DNA of 64,000 nucleotides from Pseudomonadota bacterium (GCA_043823065.1 JBDRBB010000006.1:32001-96000), one strand, 5' to 3'. Shown: positions 19,430 to 30,155, counted from the first letter of the stretch. Notes: generated from the letters alone by a model not told the origin. Program-made: numbers and translations.

Positions 19430-20347
19430 CTACAACCGTATACGCGGGTCAAAAAGTTTATAACACACATCCACCAACATATTAATAATCACATAGGCAA
19501 AAGAAATAATTAAGATGCAACCTTGCACTACCGGATAATCGCGCCGATTAATTGAATCCAAAAGCAAGGTTCCCAGGCCTGGCCAGGAAAATATTTTTTC
19601 CGTAATAATGGTTCCAGCCAGTAAAGTAGCAACTTGCAGGCCCACAATAGTGATAATTGGATTTAAGGCGTTTTTAAAAGCATGCTTAAAAATCACTTGC
19701 CGCTCAGAAAGACCTTTGGCCCTCGCAGTAGTTACATAATCTGCTTTGATTTCTTCAATCATGGAAGAACGGGTCATGCGGGAAAGCATGGCAGCCAAGG
19801 CTGCGCCCAAAGTAATGGCCGGCAAAATGATTGAAATTAAAGAACCTCCGCCAGCAATGGGCAACCACCCTAGATACACGGAGAAAATTAAGATTAGAAC
19901 CGGGCCTAGCCAGAAATTAGGCACAGAAATCCCAACCAAAGCCAAAAACATAGCTGAGGAATCCCAAATTGAATAGCGCTTAATTGCCGCTAAAACACCC
20001 AGGGGTATGGCTACTAACACAGCCACAAACATGGCAGCACAGGCTAAAAGCAAGGTTGCAGGATAACGCTCTTTCAAGTTTTCTATAACTGAGCGGCCAT
20101 TAAAAATAGATGTGCCCCAATTGCCAGTTACCAAACCTTTTAGAAAAATTCCATATTGCACAGCAACTGGCTTATCTAAATTTAATTCCCGGGAAATGCG
20201 TGCTCGGTCTGTGGGCAAGGCTTGCTCGCCAATAATTAAATCAACTGGATCACCTGGAATAAAATGAATCAGAAAAAATACGATTGTAGAAACCGCAAAT
20301 AAAATAGGAATGATGGCTAGTATTCTTCTAAATAAATATCTGCTCAT
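19430..20347 (-). CDS. Peptide/nickel ABC transporter permease (DppB/OppB-like)
   Basis: PGDP, TARAKGL, HA.KNA, E.IFSWPGLG, RDYPVVQG, DPRI. Confidence 0.92.
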   Translation of the reverse strand: MSRYLFRRILAIIPILFAVSTIVFFLIHFIPGDPVDLIIGEQALPTDRARISRELNLDKPVAVQYGIFLKGLVTGNWGTSIFNGRSVIENLKERYPATLLLACAAMFVAVLVAIPLGVLAAIKRYSIWDSSAMFLALVGISVPNFWLGPVLILIFSVYLGWLPIAGGGSLISIILPAITLGAALAAMLSRMTRSSMIEEIKADYVTTARAKGLSERQVIFKHAFKNALNPIITIVGLQVATLLAGTIITEKIFSWPGLGTLLLDSINRRDYPVVQGCILIISFAYVIINMLVDVCYKLFDPRIRL

Positions 20348-20353
20348 TGTTTC

Positions 20354-20416
20354 ACCCTTCGACTAGCTCAGGATGAACGGAAAATAGTCTCCGTTCATGC
20401 TGAGCTTGTCGAAGCA
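20354..20416. repeat. Paired REP-like palindromes (CCCTTCGAC..GCTCAGG family)
   Basis: CCCTTCGACTAGCTCAGGATGAACGG...CCGTTCATGCTGAGCTTGTCGAAGC. Confidence 0.75.
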
Positions 20417-20430
20417 TATAATAGTATATC

Positions 20431-21948
20431 CTACTTTTTACTAATATTAACAAACGTTTGGTAAGACGCATCTGGTCTTAAACTTACCCCTTTTAAGTTC
20501 GGCTGATAAACTACGACATTTTTTTCATACCATAAAGGAATAAAAGGTAAATCCTCAAACAAAATCTGCTGCACCTCTATATATAATTGTTTCCGCTTTT
20601 CTTGATCCAAGGTTATGCGCGCCTGAGCAACCAATTTATCCACCTCTGGATTACTATAACGATCGCGATTAACCCCTTCAGGAGAAAATTGCGAAGAATG
20701 ACAAACATCATAAAAGAAATCTGGCTCAGTTATGCCCACCCAAGCTAACGTATAAAGTTGAAAATTGCCGGTTTTAACATCCCGATAAAATGTACCCCAT
20801 TCATATGATTGGACATTAGAATTAATCCCCACTAAAGAAAGTTGATAGGCAATCATTTTGGCAATATCTACCCGCTCCTTAAGCGTGGAAGTTTTTTGGG
20901 AAAGCGCAAAACGCGGCTTATCTTTAGCCGTTCTTTTAAAACCAGCTTCATCTAAAAGCTTGCGCGCTTTACGTGGATCATATTCATATTGTCCCAAGTT
21001 TTTGTCATAAGCCCAATTTGATGGAGGCAACAAAGAGTTTGCTTTTTTTGCCAAGCCATCAAACCGATGATTAATAATCTCATCACGATTAAGAGCATAA
21101 GCCAAAGCTTGCCTAACTTTTTTATGTTTCAGAATATCATCTGTAAGATTTATTCCTAGATAGGTCATATTAATACCATCATCTGAGAGCATTTTGAGAT
21201 TATATTTTTTGACCAAGCTAGGAATAAGCAAAGCTGGAATACCATTTTGCACTAAATCAACTTCCCCTTTTACCAACTTCAAAACCCGAACATTATCATC
21301 CTTAATAACTTGAAAATTTAAATGTTGAAGTTTTGGTTTGTGGCCAAAATAATCAGGATTAGCTTCCAATTCAACAACTGTATCAGGCTCAAAATGCTTT
21401 AATTTATAAACACCTGTGCCAATTGGCTGGGAAGGGTTAAGGTGAGAAACAATACCCATGGTCAGCAAGGTTAAAAATGGGGCATAAGGCTCTTTCAGTT
21501 CAATTAAAACAGTATAGGCATCCAAAGCTTCCATTTTTTTAATCCGCGCAAAAGATTCTCGGTAAGGAGAGATTAGTTTGCCATTTATAATAGATTGATA
21601 AGTATAGAGCACATCTTGCGCTGTAAAAGAACTACCCGAATGGAATTTTACCCCTGGACGCAGATAAAACTTATAAACAGTATCTCCTTCTAGCTCATAT
21701 TTTAAAGCCAGATTTGGAATGAGGCTGGAACTAGCATCTCTGGCAAAAAGTCCATCAAAAAGTAATTTGCAGATCTTAGTGCCTTCAGCATCTGAAGCTA
21801 CCCTAGGATCTAGATTTAGTGGGCCCATGGCAATGGCTACTTTCAGGGTCTGCTGATCTTTAATACTGGTATCTGACTTGTGGCAAGCCAGCCCCATGAC
21901 CAAACAGCATAAAATTACTACTAAATTGACAGCGCTTGTCATCTTCAT
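20431..21948 (-). CDS. ABC transporter substrate-binding lipoprotein, family 5
   Basis: Lipobox GLAC; LDP, LRPGVKFH.G, GTG.Y, VRQALAYA. Confidence 0.92.
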   Translation of the reverse strand: MKMTSAVNLVVILCCLVMGLACHKSDTSIKDQQTLKVAIAMGPLNLDPRVASDAEGTKICKLLFDGLFARDASSSLIPNLALKYELEGDTVYKFYLRPGVKFHSGSSFTAQDVLYTYQSIINGKLISPYRESFARIKKMEALDAYTVLIELKEPYAPFLTLLTMGIVSHLNPSQPIGTGVYKLKHFEPDTVVELEANPDYFGHKPKLQHLNFQVIKDDNVRVLKLVKGEVDLVQNGIPALLIPSLVKKYNLKMLSDDGINMTYLGINLTDDILKHKKVRQALAYALNRDEIINHRFDGLAKKANSLLPPSNWAYDKNLGQYEYDPRKARKLLDEAGFKRTAKDKPRFALSQKTSTLKERVDIAKMIAYQLSLVGINSNVQSYEWGTFYRDVKTGNFQLYTLAWVGITEPDFFYDVCHSSQFSPEGVNRDRYSNPEVDKLVAQARITLDQEKRKQLYIEVQQILFEDLPFIPLWYEKNVVVYQPNLKGVSLRPDASYQTFVNISKK

Positions 21949-21994
21949 TAGTATTCCTTTTATAATTTACTAGTTTCGCATAGAGGTACTAACA

Positions 21995-23437
21995 ATGTCA
22001 ATTAAGTCACGATTTAGCAAAAAACTTGGTCTGCTGGCATCTATCTTGATCATTACCAGTTCTTTTAGTGCCCACGCTGACTCTTTAAATGAAAAAGTTG
22101 AGCGAATTATTGCTAGTTCTGGTTTTGTTCTGGAACAAACAGGAGTGGCTGCCATGAGCGTTAAAGATGGTAAAACTTTGGTTGATGTTAATGGCAACCT
22201 CAAGTTAAATCCTGCTTCTTGCACAAAAATTATTACAGCAGCAGCTAGCTTAGAGGCCTTGGGTTCTGACTACAAGTTTGAAACAATTTTTTGGGTAGAT
22301 CAGCCTATAGATAAAACCGGACAAATAGACACCCTATTTATTTCAGGCAATGGAGATCCATCCTTAGTATCTGAAAAACTTTGGCGCATGGTTGGTAATT
22401 TGGCTAATCATGGCCTAAAAAAAATTACCAAGGAGATTGTCATTGATAATAGTTTTTTTGATGGCCCATCATATCCACGCAAAAATGGTAATGAAGATCG
22501 TGCTTACACAGCTCATACTTCTGCAGTTGCGCTTAATTTTAATACAATCATGATTATGGTAATGCCTCCTTTGCCTGACAGCAAAGATCCACGTGTACTA
22601 GTTGAGCCGGAAAATGATTATATCAAAGTTATAAATAAAGTAAAAACTGGCGCCAAATTTAGCATTGGTATTAAAAACGATCAAAAAAATAATCATTCTG
22701 AGGAATTTAAAATTACTGGCACAATTCCTGTAAACAGCAAACCCGCGGTTTTTTATAAAAAAGTGCTTAACCCCTCATTGTATGCCAGCGCTGTGCTAAA
22801 AAAACTCTTGGCTCAAAACAACATTGATTTCCAAGGAAAGGTGCGCATCGGCAAGACTCCAAGCTTGGCCCAGCCCATACTTTTGGAAAAAAGCAAGCCT
22901 TTAGCTTCAATTGTGCGGGATATGATGAAGTTCTCTAACAACTTCACTGCTGAGCAACTCACGAAACATCTAGGAGCTGTGCGCAAAGGAAAACCTGGCA
23001 GCACTGAAAAAGGAATACAAGTTCTACAGGAGTATTTAACTTCTTTGGGTATAACCCCTGACACCTATGATCTGGAAAATGGTTCAGGATTGTCCACCAA
23101 AAACCAACTTACAGCCTGGCAGCTGGTTAAAGTTTTACGTGCTGTATATAATGATTTCAAGGTTCAACCAGATTTTGTTGCTTCCTTAAGCATTTTAGGA
23201 GTTGATGGCACCATGCAAACTTGGAAACAAGCACCTCAGCTTAGAGGTGATTTGCGCGCCAAAACCGGGTCTCTAGCAAATGTTAGCACCTTGGCTGGTT
23301 ACATCCCTTTAGAAAATGGCGATATTGTAGCTTTTGCAATTTTGATTAATGGCTTCAAAAAAGATTATTATTCCAAGCATCAGACCCAAAAAGGTGAATT
23401 AAAAATTGTTTCAGAAATTGTTAAATCAGGCCTCTAA
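21995..23437 (+). CDS. dacB: D-Ala-D-Ala carboxypeptidase/endopeptidase (peptidase S13, PBP4)
   Basis: PASCTK (SxxK), SNN (SxN), GSGLS, AKTG. Confidence 0.92.
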   Translation: MSIKSRFSKKLGLLASILIITSSFSAHADSLNEKVERIIASSGFVLEQTGVAAMSVKDGKTLVDVNGNLKLNPASCTKIITAAASLEALGSDYKFETIFWVDQPIDKTGQIDTLFISGNGDPSLVSEKLWRMVGNLANHGLKKITKEIVIDNSFFDGPSYPRKNGNEDRAYTAHTSAVALNFNTIMIMVMPPLPDSKDPRVLVEPENDYIKVINKVKTGAKFSIGIKNDQKNNHSEEFKITGTIPVNSKPAVFYKKVLNPSLYASAVLKKLLAQNNIDFQGKVRIGKTPSLAQPILLEKSKPLASIVRDMMKFSNNFTAEQLTKHLGAVRKGKPGSTEKGIQVLQEYLTSLGITPDTYDLENGSGLSTKNQLTAWQLVKVLRAVYNDFKVQPDFVASLSILGVDGTMQTWKQAPQLRGDLRAKTGSLANVSTLAGYIPLENGDIVAFAILINGFKKDYYSKHQTQKGELKIVSEIVKSGL

Positions 23438-23438
23438 C

Positions 23439-25064
23439 ATGAAACCAGGTTCAGAAAAAAAAATTATCAACTTGCTGTTAATTGTTTGTTTAAGCCTGGG
23501 CTTTATCTCTTTGGTTGTGGTCTATTTGCCAGACAAAATTCAAGGCCAAGAACAAAAAATCAAAAAAGAACCTCAACCTAAACGTCTATCAGATCTATTG
23601 CCGCAAAGATCTGCTACAGAAGCAAAGAAAGACGTTGAATTAGCCCAAGGCATAATCTACTCGAGATTTGTCCCAGAACCAAAACCTGAGCAGATTCAAA
23701 AAGATGCTGAGACACAAACCACTCAAACTGTTGTTGTACCAGCTAATGCTACGGTTCAAAATAAAGTTCATGCTGTTTCCAGCCTAACTAATAATAAGCG
23801 GCCTTCAATTTCCTATCAATTTAAGACACCAATCGCCTTGGAACCAGATGTAACTTTTTGGAAATATATCTACACCAAATACGATTCACACCAGGAAGTG
23901 TTTCATGACCCCAGATATTTAAACATAATTTATAGCGTCCTGGATTTTAAACACATTGATAATAATCAAGATTTAACTGAATTCGAGCGCCAAGAAAAAA
24001 GAAAAGATTTTATAGAGGCTGAAAAAGAAAGAATTTTAGTTATTTTGAAAAAGCTGCAGCAAGAAATACTTGAAGACAAGCTGACTGCTAAGGAAAAACA
24101 CATTCAACGGCTTTTTTCCACTATTTCTGAACAAGCTAAGTTTGCAAATGCAATTGAGCGCGGGGTGCGCGCCCAAACCGGACAAAGCGACAAATTCTTG
24201 GCTGGCCTAAAATATTCTGGTCGTTATCTTGGAGAAATGGAAACAATTTTTGAAATTGAAGGCTTGCCGCGCGAATTAACCCGCCTGGTATTTGTGGAAT
24301 CGATGTTTAACCCTGATGCTCATTCTGCAGTTGGCGCCAAGGGTTTCTGGCAGTTCATGAAAGCAACTGGCAAAATTCATGATTTAAATATTAATTCTTT
24401 GGTTGATGAGCGCGCAGATCCCATACATTCCACCTATGCTGCCACCCGCCTGCTAAAGAAAAATTATGAAGAACTAGATTCATGGCCTTTGGCGATTAAT
24501 GCTTATAATGCTGGACTAGGAAGATTAAAACAAGCTAGAAAAACAATGGGCACTAGCAACATCACCACCATTGTGAGAAATTTTAAACATCCTGCTTATG
24601 GGTTTGCTTCGCGCGATTTTTATATGGAATTTTTAGCTGCTTTAGAAATTGTCGAAAATTATGAAAAATATTTTGGTAAAATTGCCTTTGACCAACCCTT
24701 GCGCTATGATGTGATCAAACTAAACCGCCCGATTTTATTAAAACAACTCAGTCAAGACTGTAATGTGCCTAGCGAACAAATTGCTGAATTTAATCCTGGT
24801 CTTCGGGATAATGTTATATACGGCACCAAACATCTTCCTGCTTATTATGAATTAAAATTACCGGAAAAAACAGGCAATGCTTGCCTGACCCAGGCCTATA
24901 ATGCACCTACTGTAACCCAACTCTGGCATGTGGTTGAAAATGGTGAAACAGTCAAGGATATTGCCCGCCTGTATGGTCTTTCTCAGGAAAGGTTACTAGA
25001 AATTAACAATCACTTAAATAAACACAAACAACTAAGACCTGGTCAAAAAATTAAGATCTATTAA
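23439..25064 (+). CDS. MltD-like lytic transglycosylase with C-terminal LysM
   Basis: VES.F, GA.G.WQFM, DER.D, AYNAG; LysM HVVENGETV..IA..YG; start uncertain (ORF opens at 23406). Confidence 0.88.
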   Translation: MKPGSEKKIINLLLIVCLSLGFISLVVVYLPDKIQGQEQKIKKEPQPKRLSDLLPQRSATEAKKDVELAQGIIYSRFVPEPKPEQIQKDAETQTTQTVVVPANATVQNKVHAVSSLTNNKRPSISYQFKTPIALEPDVTFWKYIYTKYDSHQEVFHDPRYLNIIYSVLDFKHIDNNQDLTEFERQEKRKDFIEAEKERILVILKKLQQEILEDKLTAKEKHIQRLFSTISEQAKFANAIERGVRAQTGQSDKFLAGLKYSGRYLGEMETIFEIEGLPRELTRLVFVESMFNPDAHSAVGAKGFWQFMKATGKIHDLNINSLVDERADPIHSTYAATRLLKKNYEELDSWPLAINAYNAGLGRLKQARKTMGTSNITTIVRNFKHPAYGFASRDFYMEFLAALEIVENYEKYFGKIAFDQPLRYDVIKLNRPILLKQLSQDCNVPSEQIAEFNPGLRDNVIYGTKHLPAYYELKLPEKTGNACLTQAYNAPTVTQLWHVVENGETVKDIARLYGLSQERLLEINNHLNKHKQLRPGQKIKIY

Positions 25065-25071
25065 ATAATAT

Positions 25072-25446
25072 TTGCTAATTTTAGACATGGATGACATACA
25101 GGTAACCACTATGAAAAAAAGATATTTAGCTTTGTTTATAGTTTCGATTTTTTGCTTCAGCCTATTGGCTATAGGCTGCGGTCGAATTCCCAAACCTTCT
25201 CGTTCTCAACATTTAATTGAAAAACATTTCAAAAAATACGCAAAAAAATTTTCAGACACTATTTACGCTGAAAGTGGCGTAAAAAAAGTTGAAATTGAAA
25301 ATCAAACTGAAATTCGTAAAGACTATGTTTCTGTAGAAGCATATGTAATTCTGAAAAATGAAAATGTACGGAAAATCTATGCCACTCTAAGAAAAACTTC
25401 CATCGGCTGGAAATTTATTTCTTGGGAAGATGCTACTGGGATCTAA
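25072..25446 (+). CDS. Hypothetical lipoprotein
   Basis: MKKRY + hydrophobic stretch + LAIGC lipobox; true start probably the MKKRY Met. Confidence 0.6.
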   Translation: MLILDMDDIQVTTMKKRYLALFIVSIFCFSLLAIGCGRIPKPSRSQHLIEKHFKKYAKKFSDTIYAESGVKKVEIENQTEIRKDYVSVEAYVILKNENVRKIYATLRKTSIGWKFISWEDATGI

Positions 25447-27872
25447 AATGGTTCAACATAAGTACTAACATCCAAGTTATGACCATTGGTTTTAACAGTG
25501 ATCATTCCTTCTAAATCAGTTCTATAAATCTTAATTCTCCTTTCCTGTAGGCGGTCTAAAACAACCTCATTTGGAAAACCATATTTATTGCCCTGACCCA
25601 CAGTAATAACTGCAATTTCCGGTGAAACTTTTTCTAAAAATTCAGAAGTAGTTGAAGTTTTACTACCATGATGACCAAGTTTTAAAACCTGACTTTTTAA
25701 ATTTACGCCTTTTTCTGTTAAAATTTGCTCTCCTGTTGCTTCTAGATCTCCGGTTAAAAGAATTTTTTGCTCACCAAATTTAAGCTGCGTAACTAAGGAG
25801 GTATCATTTAAATCCAAAGCGCTTAAATCTTTTGGACGCGGAGCATAAACCAAAATCTGGACCCCACCTTCATTTAGAATTAAGGCTGGCTGAAAGTCAG
25901 CATGGCCATCAAGCTGCTTAAGCTGCACCTGGCTTTGCAAGGCTTTAGTTAAAAAATCTGCCCACTGATCTTGTTCATCTTCTGGCGCAGCCAAACCATT
26001 ATAATATAAAACTGGTGCTCCTAATTTTTGGGCTACTGCTCCTAAGCCTCCATAATGATCATGGTGCGGATGGGTGAGTAAAATATAATCAAGATGGCGC
26101 ACCCCTAAATTTAATAGAACCGGCACAACCACTTTTTCACCAATATCAAATTCACTGCCTTTAATACCTCCGCCATCAATTAACATCTTCTTTTGATTGG
26201 GAAATTGCACTAACATACAATCGCCTTGTCCCACATCAATAAAATTTATTTTTAATTTGTTTTGAAAATAGGGCAAAATATACCAGAAACTAAAATCTAG
26301 AATTATCAAAAAACCAATTACACTTAGAATTATTTTTTTATAGGGCAGATATCGAAACATTAAAACAGCGGAAATAACGGTCAAAGCCAAAACAACTTCC
26401 CATTTGTTTGGCGCCCAGGAAATTACCAAAAAATCCAACTTAGCATCTAGCAATTGCAAAAAATCAAGCAAAGCAGCGCAAACGCTTCCAGCTAATTTAA
26501 AACCAAAAGCTCCTATTGGTTCGTAAATAAGCGTAAATACTGCACCAAACATGGCTATGGGTAAAATTATTACTCCAACTAAAGGTACAGCCACTATATT
26601 TGCAATTATCCCTATGCCTGTTATTTGTTGAAAATAATAACCGCTTAATGGTGCGGTAACTAAAGTGGCGGTTACGGTTACTATTAATAGTTGCGTTATT
26701 CTTTTAATAATATTTTTCCACCACGAACTTGCTTCAGAAAAATATTTTTCAAAATTCTGCCAGATTAAAGGAAAGAAGATTATTAAACCAAACACCGCCA
26801 GCACAGAAAATTGAAAAGAAAGTGAAAATATAGCAGCAGGTGAAACCAGGATAATTACAAAAATTGCAGCTGCCAGGGCAGTAAGTAAATCATACTTATA
26901 GCGCAATGAAACAAAAGCTAAAATAAAAACAGTGAGCATAATTGCAGCTCTTACCGCTGAAACCGGATAGCCAGCTAAAGCAACATACAGCCAGATTGCT
27001 GGCAAACTAAATAGACTGGCTAGATATGGCAAAGGAAGCCAGTTTAACAAACGCGGCCACCAACCCAAAGTGATTCTGGTTAGCCAAAAAACCAATAGCG
27101 CAATAAAACCAACATGCAATCCAGAAATAGCCAATAAATGGGCAACGCCAGTGCGCGAAAAAAGTTGGCGCATTTTAGGACCTAAATATTGTTTTTGCCC
27201 AATAGCAAGCGCGCTTAAAATTCCAGATGCAGATTCTGAAGTATTTTTCAAAATAGTTTTTTCAATCTTAGCACGCGCATTTTTTAGACTTGGAAGATAA
27301 AATAGGCTTGATGAATTTTGCAATTTCACTATCCACTGCGCCTTGGTAGGGGTAGCCAAGCCCTGAATACCCTGACTTTGAAGATAGAGGGGATAATTAA
27401 ATGATCCTGGATTTTTATATTGGCGAGGATTTTTCAGACGACCTTGAAACTTAATAACATCTCCAGCTCTATAGTTTTCCAAAAGCTCCCAGGAATAAAA
27501 TCTGACTTTGGCTGGCACTGGTTCAAAACTAGATTTAGGATTTTTTTGACATTGAATAAGTCTTAAATCCATTTGCCAAATTTTATTTTTAAAATCTGGA
27601 TCAGTTAAAACCTTGGCCTGGCAAATAACTGGCGCTTGTTTGGAAGCAGCAATATATTCAGCAAGAGCAGGCGGCTGACGCATGGAAACTTTGCCCAACA
27701 AATAGCCGCAGATAAGGAAGGCGAGTAAAAGAAATATGAAGTTTCTTTTTTTGTCATTCCCGCGAAAGCGGGAATCTAATGTGCTAAGAACAAAAACTAA
27801 AATGATAAAAAAAAGGAAAAGAATAAATTGGGAACTAACAAGCCCGAGCAGCAGGCAAACAGAAATTAGCAT
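25443..27872 (-). CDS. comEC: ComEC/Rec2 DNA uptake protein
   Basis: NPG.F, HLLAISGLH, SFQFS, DVGQGD, THPHHDH, HHGS; start estimated at MLISV. Confidence 0.93.
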   Translation of the reverse strand: MLISVCLLLGLVSSQFILFLFFIILVFVLSTLDSRFRGNDKKRNFIFLLLAFLICGYLLGKVSMRQPPALAEYIAASKQAPVICQAKVLTDPDFKNKIWQMDLRLIQCQKNPKSSFEPVPAKVRFYSWELLENYRAGDVIKFQGRLKNPRQYKNPGSFNYPLYLQSQGIQGLATPTKAQWIVKLQNSSSLFYLPSLKNARAKIEKTILKNTSESASGILSALAIGQKQYLGPKMRQLFSRTGVAHLLAISGLHVGFIALLVFWLTRITLGWWPRLLNWLPLPYLASLFSLPAIWLYVALAGYPVSAVRAAIMLTVFILAFVSLRYKYDLLTALAAAIFVIILVSPAAIFSLSFQFSVLAVFGLIIFFPLIWQNFEKYFSEASSWWKNIIKRITQLLIVTVTATLVTAPLSGYYFQQITGIGIIANIVAVPLVGVIILPIAMFGAVFTLIYEPIGAFGFKLAGSVCAALLDFLQLLDAKLDFLVISWAPNKWEVVLALTVISAVLMFRYLPYKKIILSVIGFLIILDFSFWYILPYFQNKLKINFIDVGQGDCMLVQFPNQKKMLIDGGGIKGSEFDIGEKVVVPVLLNLGVRHLDYILLTHPHHDHYGGLGAVAQKLGAPVLYYNGLAAPEDEQDQWADFLTKALQSQVQLKQLDGHADFQPALILNEGGVQILVYAPRPKDLSALDLNDTSLVTQLKFGEQKILLTGDLEATGEQILTEKGVNLKSQVLKLGHHGSKTSTTSEFLEKVSPEIAVITVGQGNKYGFPNEVVLDRLQERRIKIYRTDLEGMITVKTNGHNLDVSTYVEPF

Positions 27873-28473
27873 CAGTGGTCGGTATTTTATCGAGCGCACA
27901 AGAGATTTCATGGAAAAGCTGCTGGGCGACTTCATGGACACCATGATAACGATGGTTACCGTTTTGGCTGGCGAGAATCAAGCCTAGTTTATTGCGCAAA
28001 CCAACTAAGTAACATCTGGCTTTATTGGTAGGTCGTACCCGATATAAATTTAAGACTGTGCGCACATTCACATTATTCAACCAAAAATCACCATTGGAAA
28101 ATTCAAAACTAACTCCGCCTACCAAGCCATCATAAATATTTCCTAATCTACCTAAAACTTTTCCTAAAAGCGCATCAATGGTGCTATTGTATTTGGCATT
28201 TCCCCTTCCAAAATTTTCCCAAACATATTGACGATATTCGTCCAAACTCAGCGATATCCCATTTAAACAACCAATATCATTGGCATATTCATTAATAAGG
28301 TCATTTATGTCTTGGCCATTATAATAGACATGATCATCTTCAAAGTTCCATTGCTGATCTGGACTGGGGTTAAAAGTTAGGCGATGATCTAAGGGGAGAT
28401 CAGATACGCTTTGAGAATGCTTGTCTGAACCAAGCCTGATCTTTTCACGTAACCTGTTGATATTAATGCCCAT
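27835..28473 (-). CDS. Hypothetical protein with an internal repeat
   Basis: 212-aa ORF in an operon-like run; no recognised family. Confidence 0.6.
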   Translation of the reverse strand: MGININRLREKIRLGSDKHSQSVSDLPLDHRLTFNPSPDQQWNFEDDHVYYNGQDINDLINEYANDIGCLNGISLSLDEYRQYVWENFGRGNAKYNSTIDALLGKVLGRLGNIYDGLVGGVSFEFSNGDFWLNNVNVRTVLNLYRVRPTNKARCYLVGLRNKLGLILASQNGNHRYHGVHEVAQQLFHEISCALDKIPTTDANFCLPAARAC

Positions 28474-28488
28474 TTTAACCCTTAAATT

Positions 28489-28953
28489 TTAAATAGACGA
28501 CAATGAAACAGAGCTCTCCCCTTCTTTATTATTATCGGCTAAACACTTAGCCAATGTTGCGTCATAATCGGAAAAAAATGGCTTTCCCTTTTCTTCCTTG
28601 GCTAATATCTGCTTCAGATCTTTAAGGGCCTGAATCTGAGCTGGGGTCAGTTTTAGATTATTGATATTGTGACCTTTATAGAAAATTTCGCCCCGCAGAC
28701 GATCAAAATGAATCGAGGCAACTTCATCATTCATAATAAAAGTATAAGTAAACCGATTTTGATATGCTGCCAGCATGCTATCTGTAGCTACTTTGCCTTT
28801 TTCCGTAACCTTTTGGGCTTTGGCCATACCCACATGCTTCCAAAGTTCAAATGCGCTCTTTGGTTTTGGCATATCTGACGTATTTTCCATTCTCTGTTTG
28901 GCTTCTTTCATATTTTCTTCCCTCCCAGAGGTTTCACTAATTGGAATATGCAC
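28489..28953 (-). CDS. Hypothetical protein
   Basis: 154-aa ORF; true start may be a downstream Met. Confidence 0.55.
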   Translation of the reverse strand: MHIPISETSGREENMKEAKQRMENTSDMPKPKSAFELWKHVGMAKAQKVTEKGKVATDSMLAAYQNRFTYTFIMNDEVASIHFDRLRGEIFYKGHNINNLKLTPAQIQALKDLKQILAKEEKGKPFFSDYDATLAKCLADNNKEGESSVSLSSI

Positions 28954-29110
28954 ATCTCATACCAATTTTGAATAAAATTATTGACTTGTAATATATTGAT
29001 TTCATTAAATTTTATTAATTCAGGCTTTTTGGTAAGCTCTCAATCTGGGAAAACTTAGATAATCATAACAAGAAATTGACGCCAGGGGTAAAATCATCTA
29101 AGTTAAAAAC

Positions 29111-29635
29111 ATGAAAAAAGGTCTAGCCAGTTTGGTGTTTTTCATATTGTTGTTAGTCTCAAATATTGGTTTGGCTTGTCCAATTCTCATTCCAGGAAAG
29201 ACCTTAGATAACATAGAACTTGGAAAAAACTTAGAGCAACTAAAAGCTCAAGCACACCAGATTCAAAAAACTGATCAAGGCACAATTATTGATGGAAAAT
29301 ATGAGATCATTACCTGCCAAGGCAAAGTCATTGCCATCACTATGTTAAATCCCTTGGCTAAACCAGGCTGTATTATAGTAAATAATCAAAAAATAGATCT
29401 TAATGATTCCTTTTCTCATGCCCAAAACCAACTTGGCTTAAAAAACTGTCAAAAATATCCCCTAAAAACTGGCGATAATTTCTATTATTGTCAGCAAGGC
29501 GGGTTATTGGTGGGCACTACTGTTAAACGCATTGAAACCGGTTTTGAAGAAGTAGCTATAACCAAGATCGGCGTTATTAAACCTGGCCATCGAATTAATA
29601 CCCTACATCTTACCTGCCCAAACAGGCTAGAATAA
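29111..29635 (+). CDS. Cys-containing exported hypothetical protein
   Basis: MKK + hydrophobic stretch + GLAC; several Cys. Confidence 0.6.
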   Translation: MKKGLASLVFFILLLVSNIGLACPILIPGKTLDNIELGKNLEQLKAQAHQIQKTDQGTIIDGKYEIITCQGKVIAITMLNPLAKPGCIIVNNQKIDLNDSFSHAQNQLGLKNCQKYPLKTGDNFYYCQQGGLLVGTTVKRIETGFEEVAITKIGVIKPGHRINTLHLTCPNRLE

Positions 29636-29717
29636 GGGCCTAAAAATAACAATTAAGTTGTGCCTGTTTTGAATTAAGTGTATAACCCATTCATTAACTT
29701 TTATAAGGAGGCAAGAT

Positions 29718-29975
29718 ATGCCAACCAAGAAGAATTCAGCTTTTATGAAGCCGGTAACACCAGATGCAGCATTAGCCACAGTTGTAGGCGATAAACCAAT
29801 GCCGCGCACAGAAGTAGTAAAAAAACTTTGGGTCTATATTAAAAAACACGACCTTCAAGATGCAAAAAACAAGCGTAATATTAATGCTGATGAGAATTTA
29901 AAAAAGGTCTTTGACGGCAAAAAAACGGTTAATATGTTTGAAATGACCAAGTTGGTCTCCAAGCATTTGAGATAA
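29718..29975 (+). CDS. SWIB/MDM2 domain protein
   Basis: PRTEVVKKLWVYIKKHDLQD..N.R.I.AD, MFEMTK; AAGGAGG RBS. Confidence 0.93.
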   Translation: MPTKKNSAFMKPVTPDAALATVVGDKPMPRTEVVKKLWVYIKKHDLQDAKNKRNINADENLKKVFDGKKTVNMFEMTKLVSKHLR

Positions 29976-30123
29976 ATAGAATAATTAGCCAAGCTATAAT
30001 GCCTGTAACATAGGCTTTTTAGCCGGTTTTTTTTACTTGCTATTTTATTGAAAATACACTAATATATAAAAGATTTAAATGATCGACTGAAGGATTGTAA
30101 GAACAACGTAAATAGTTATGTTC

Positions 30124-30155
30124 AAACGCAAGTCGAAAATGGCTTGCGTTTTTTT
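30124..30155 (+). terminator. Terminator-like hairpin within the csp leader
   Basis: AAACGCAAGTC-GAAAAT-GGCTTGCGTTT then TTTT. Confidence 0.55.
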
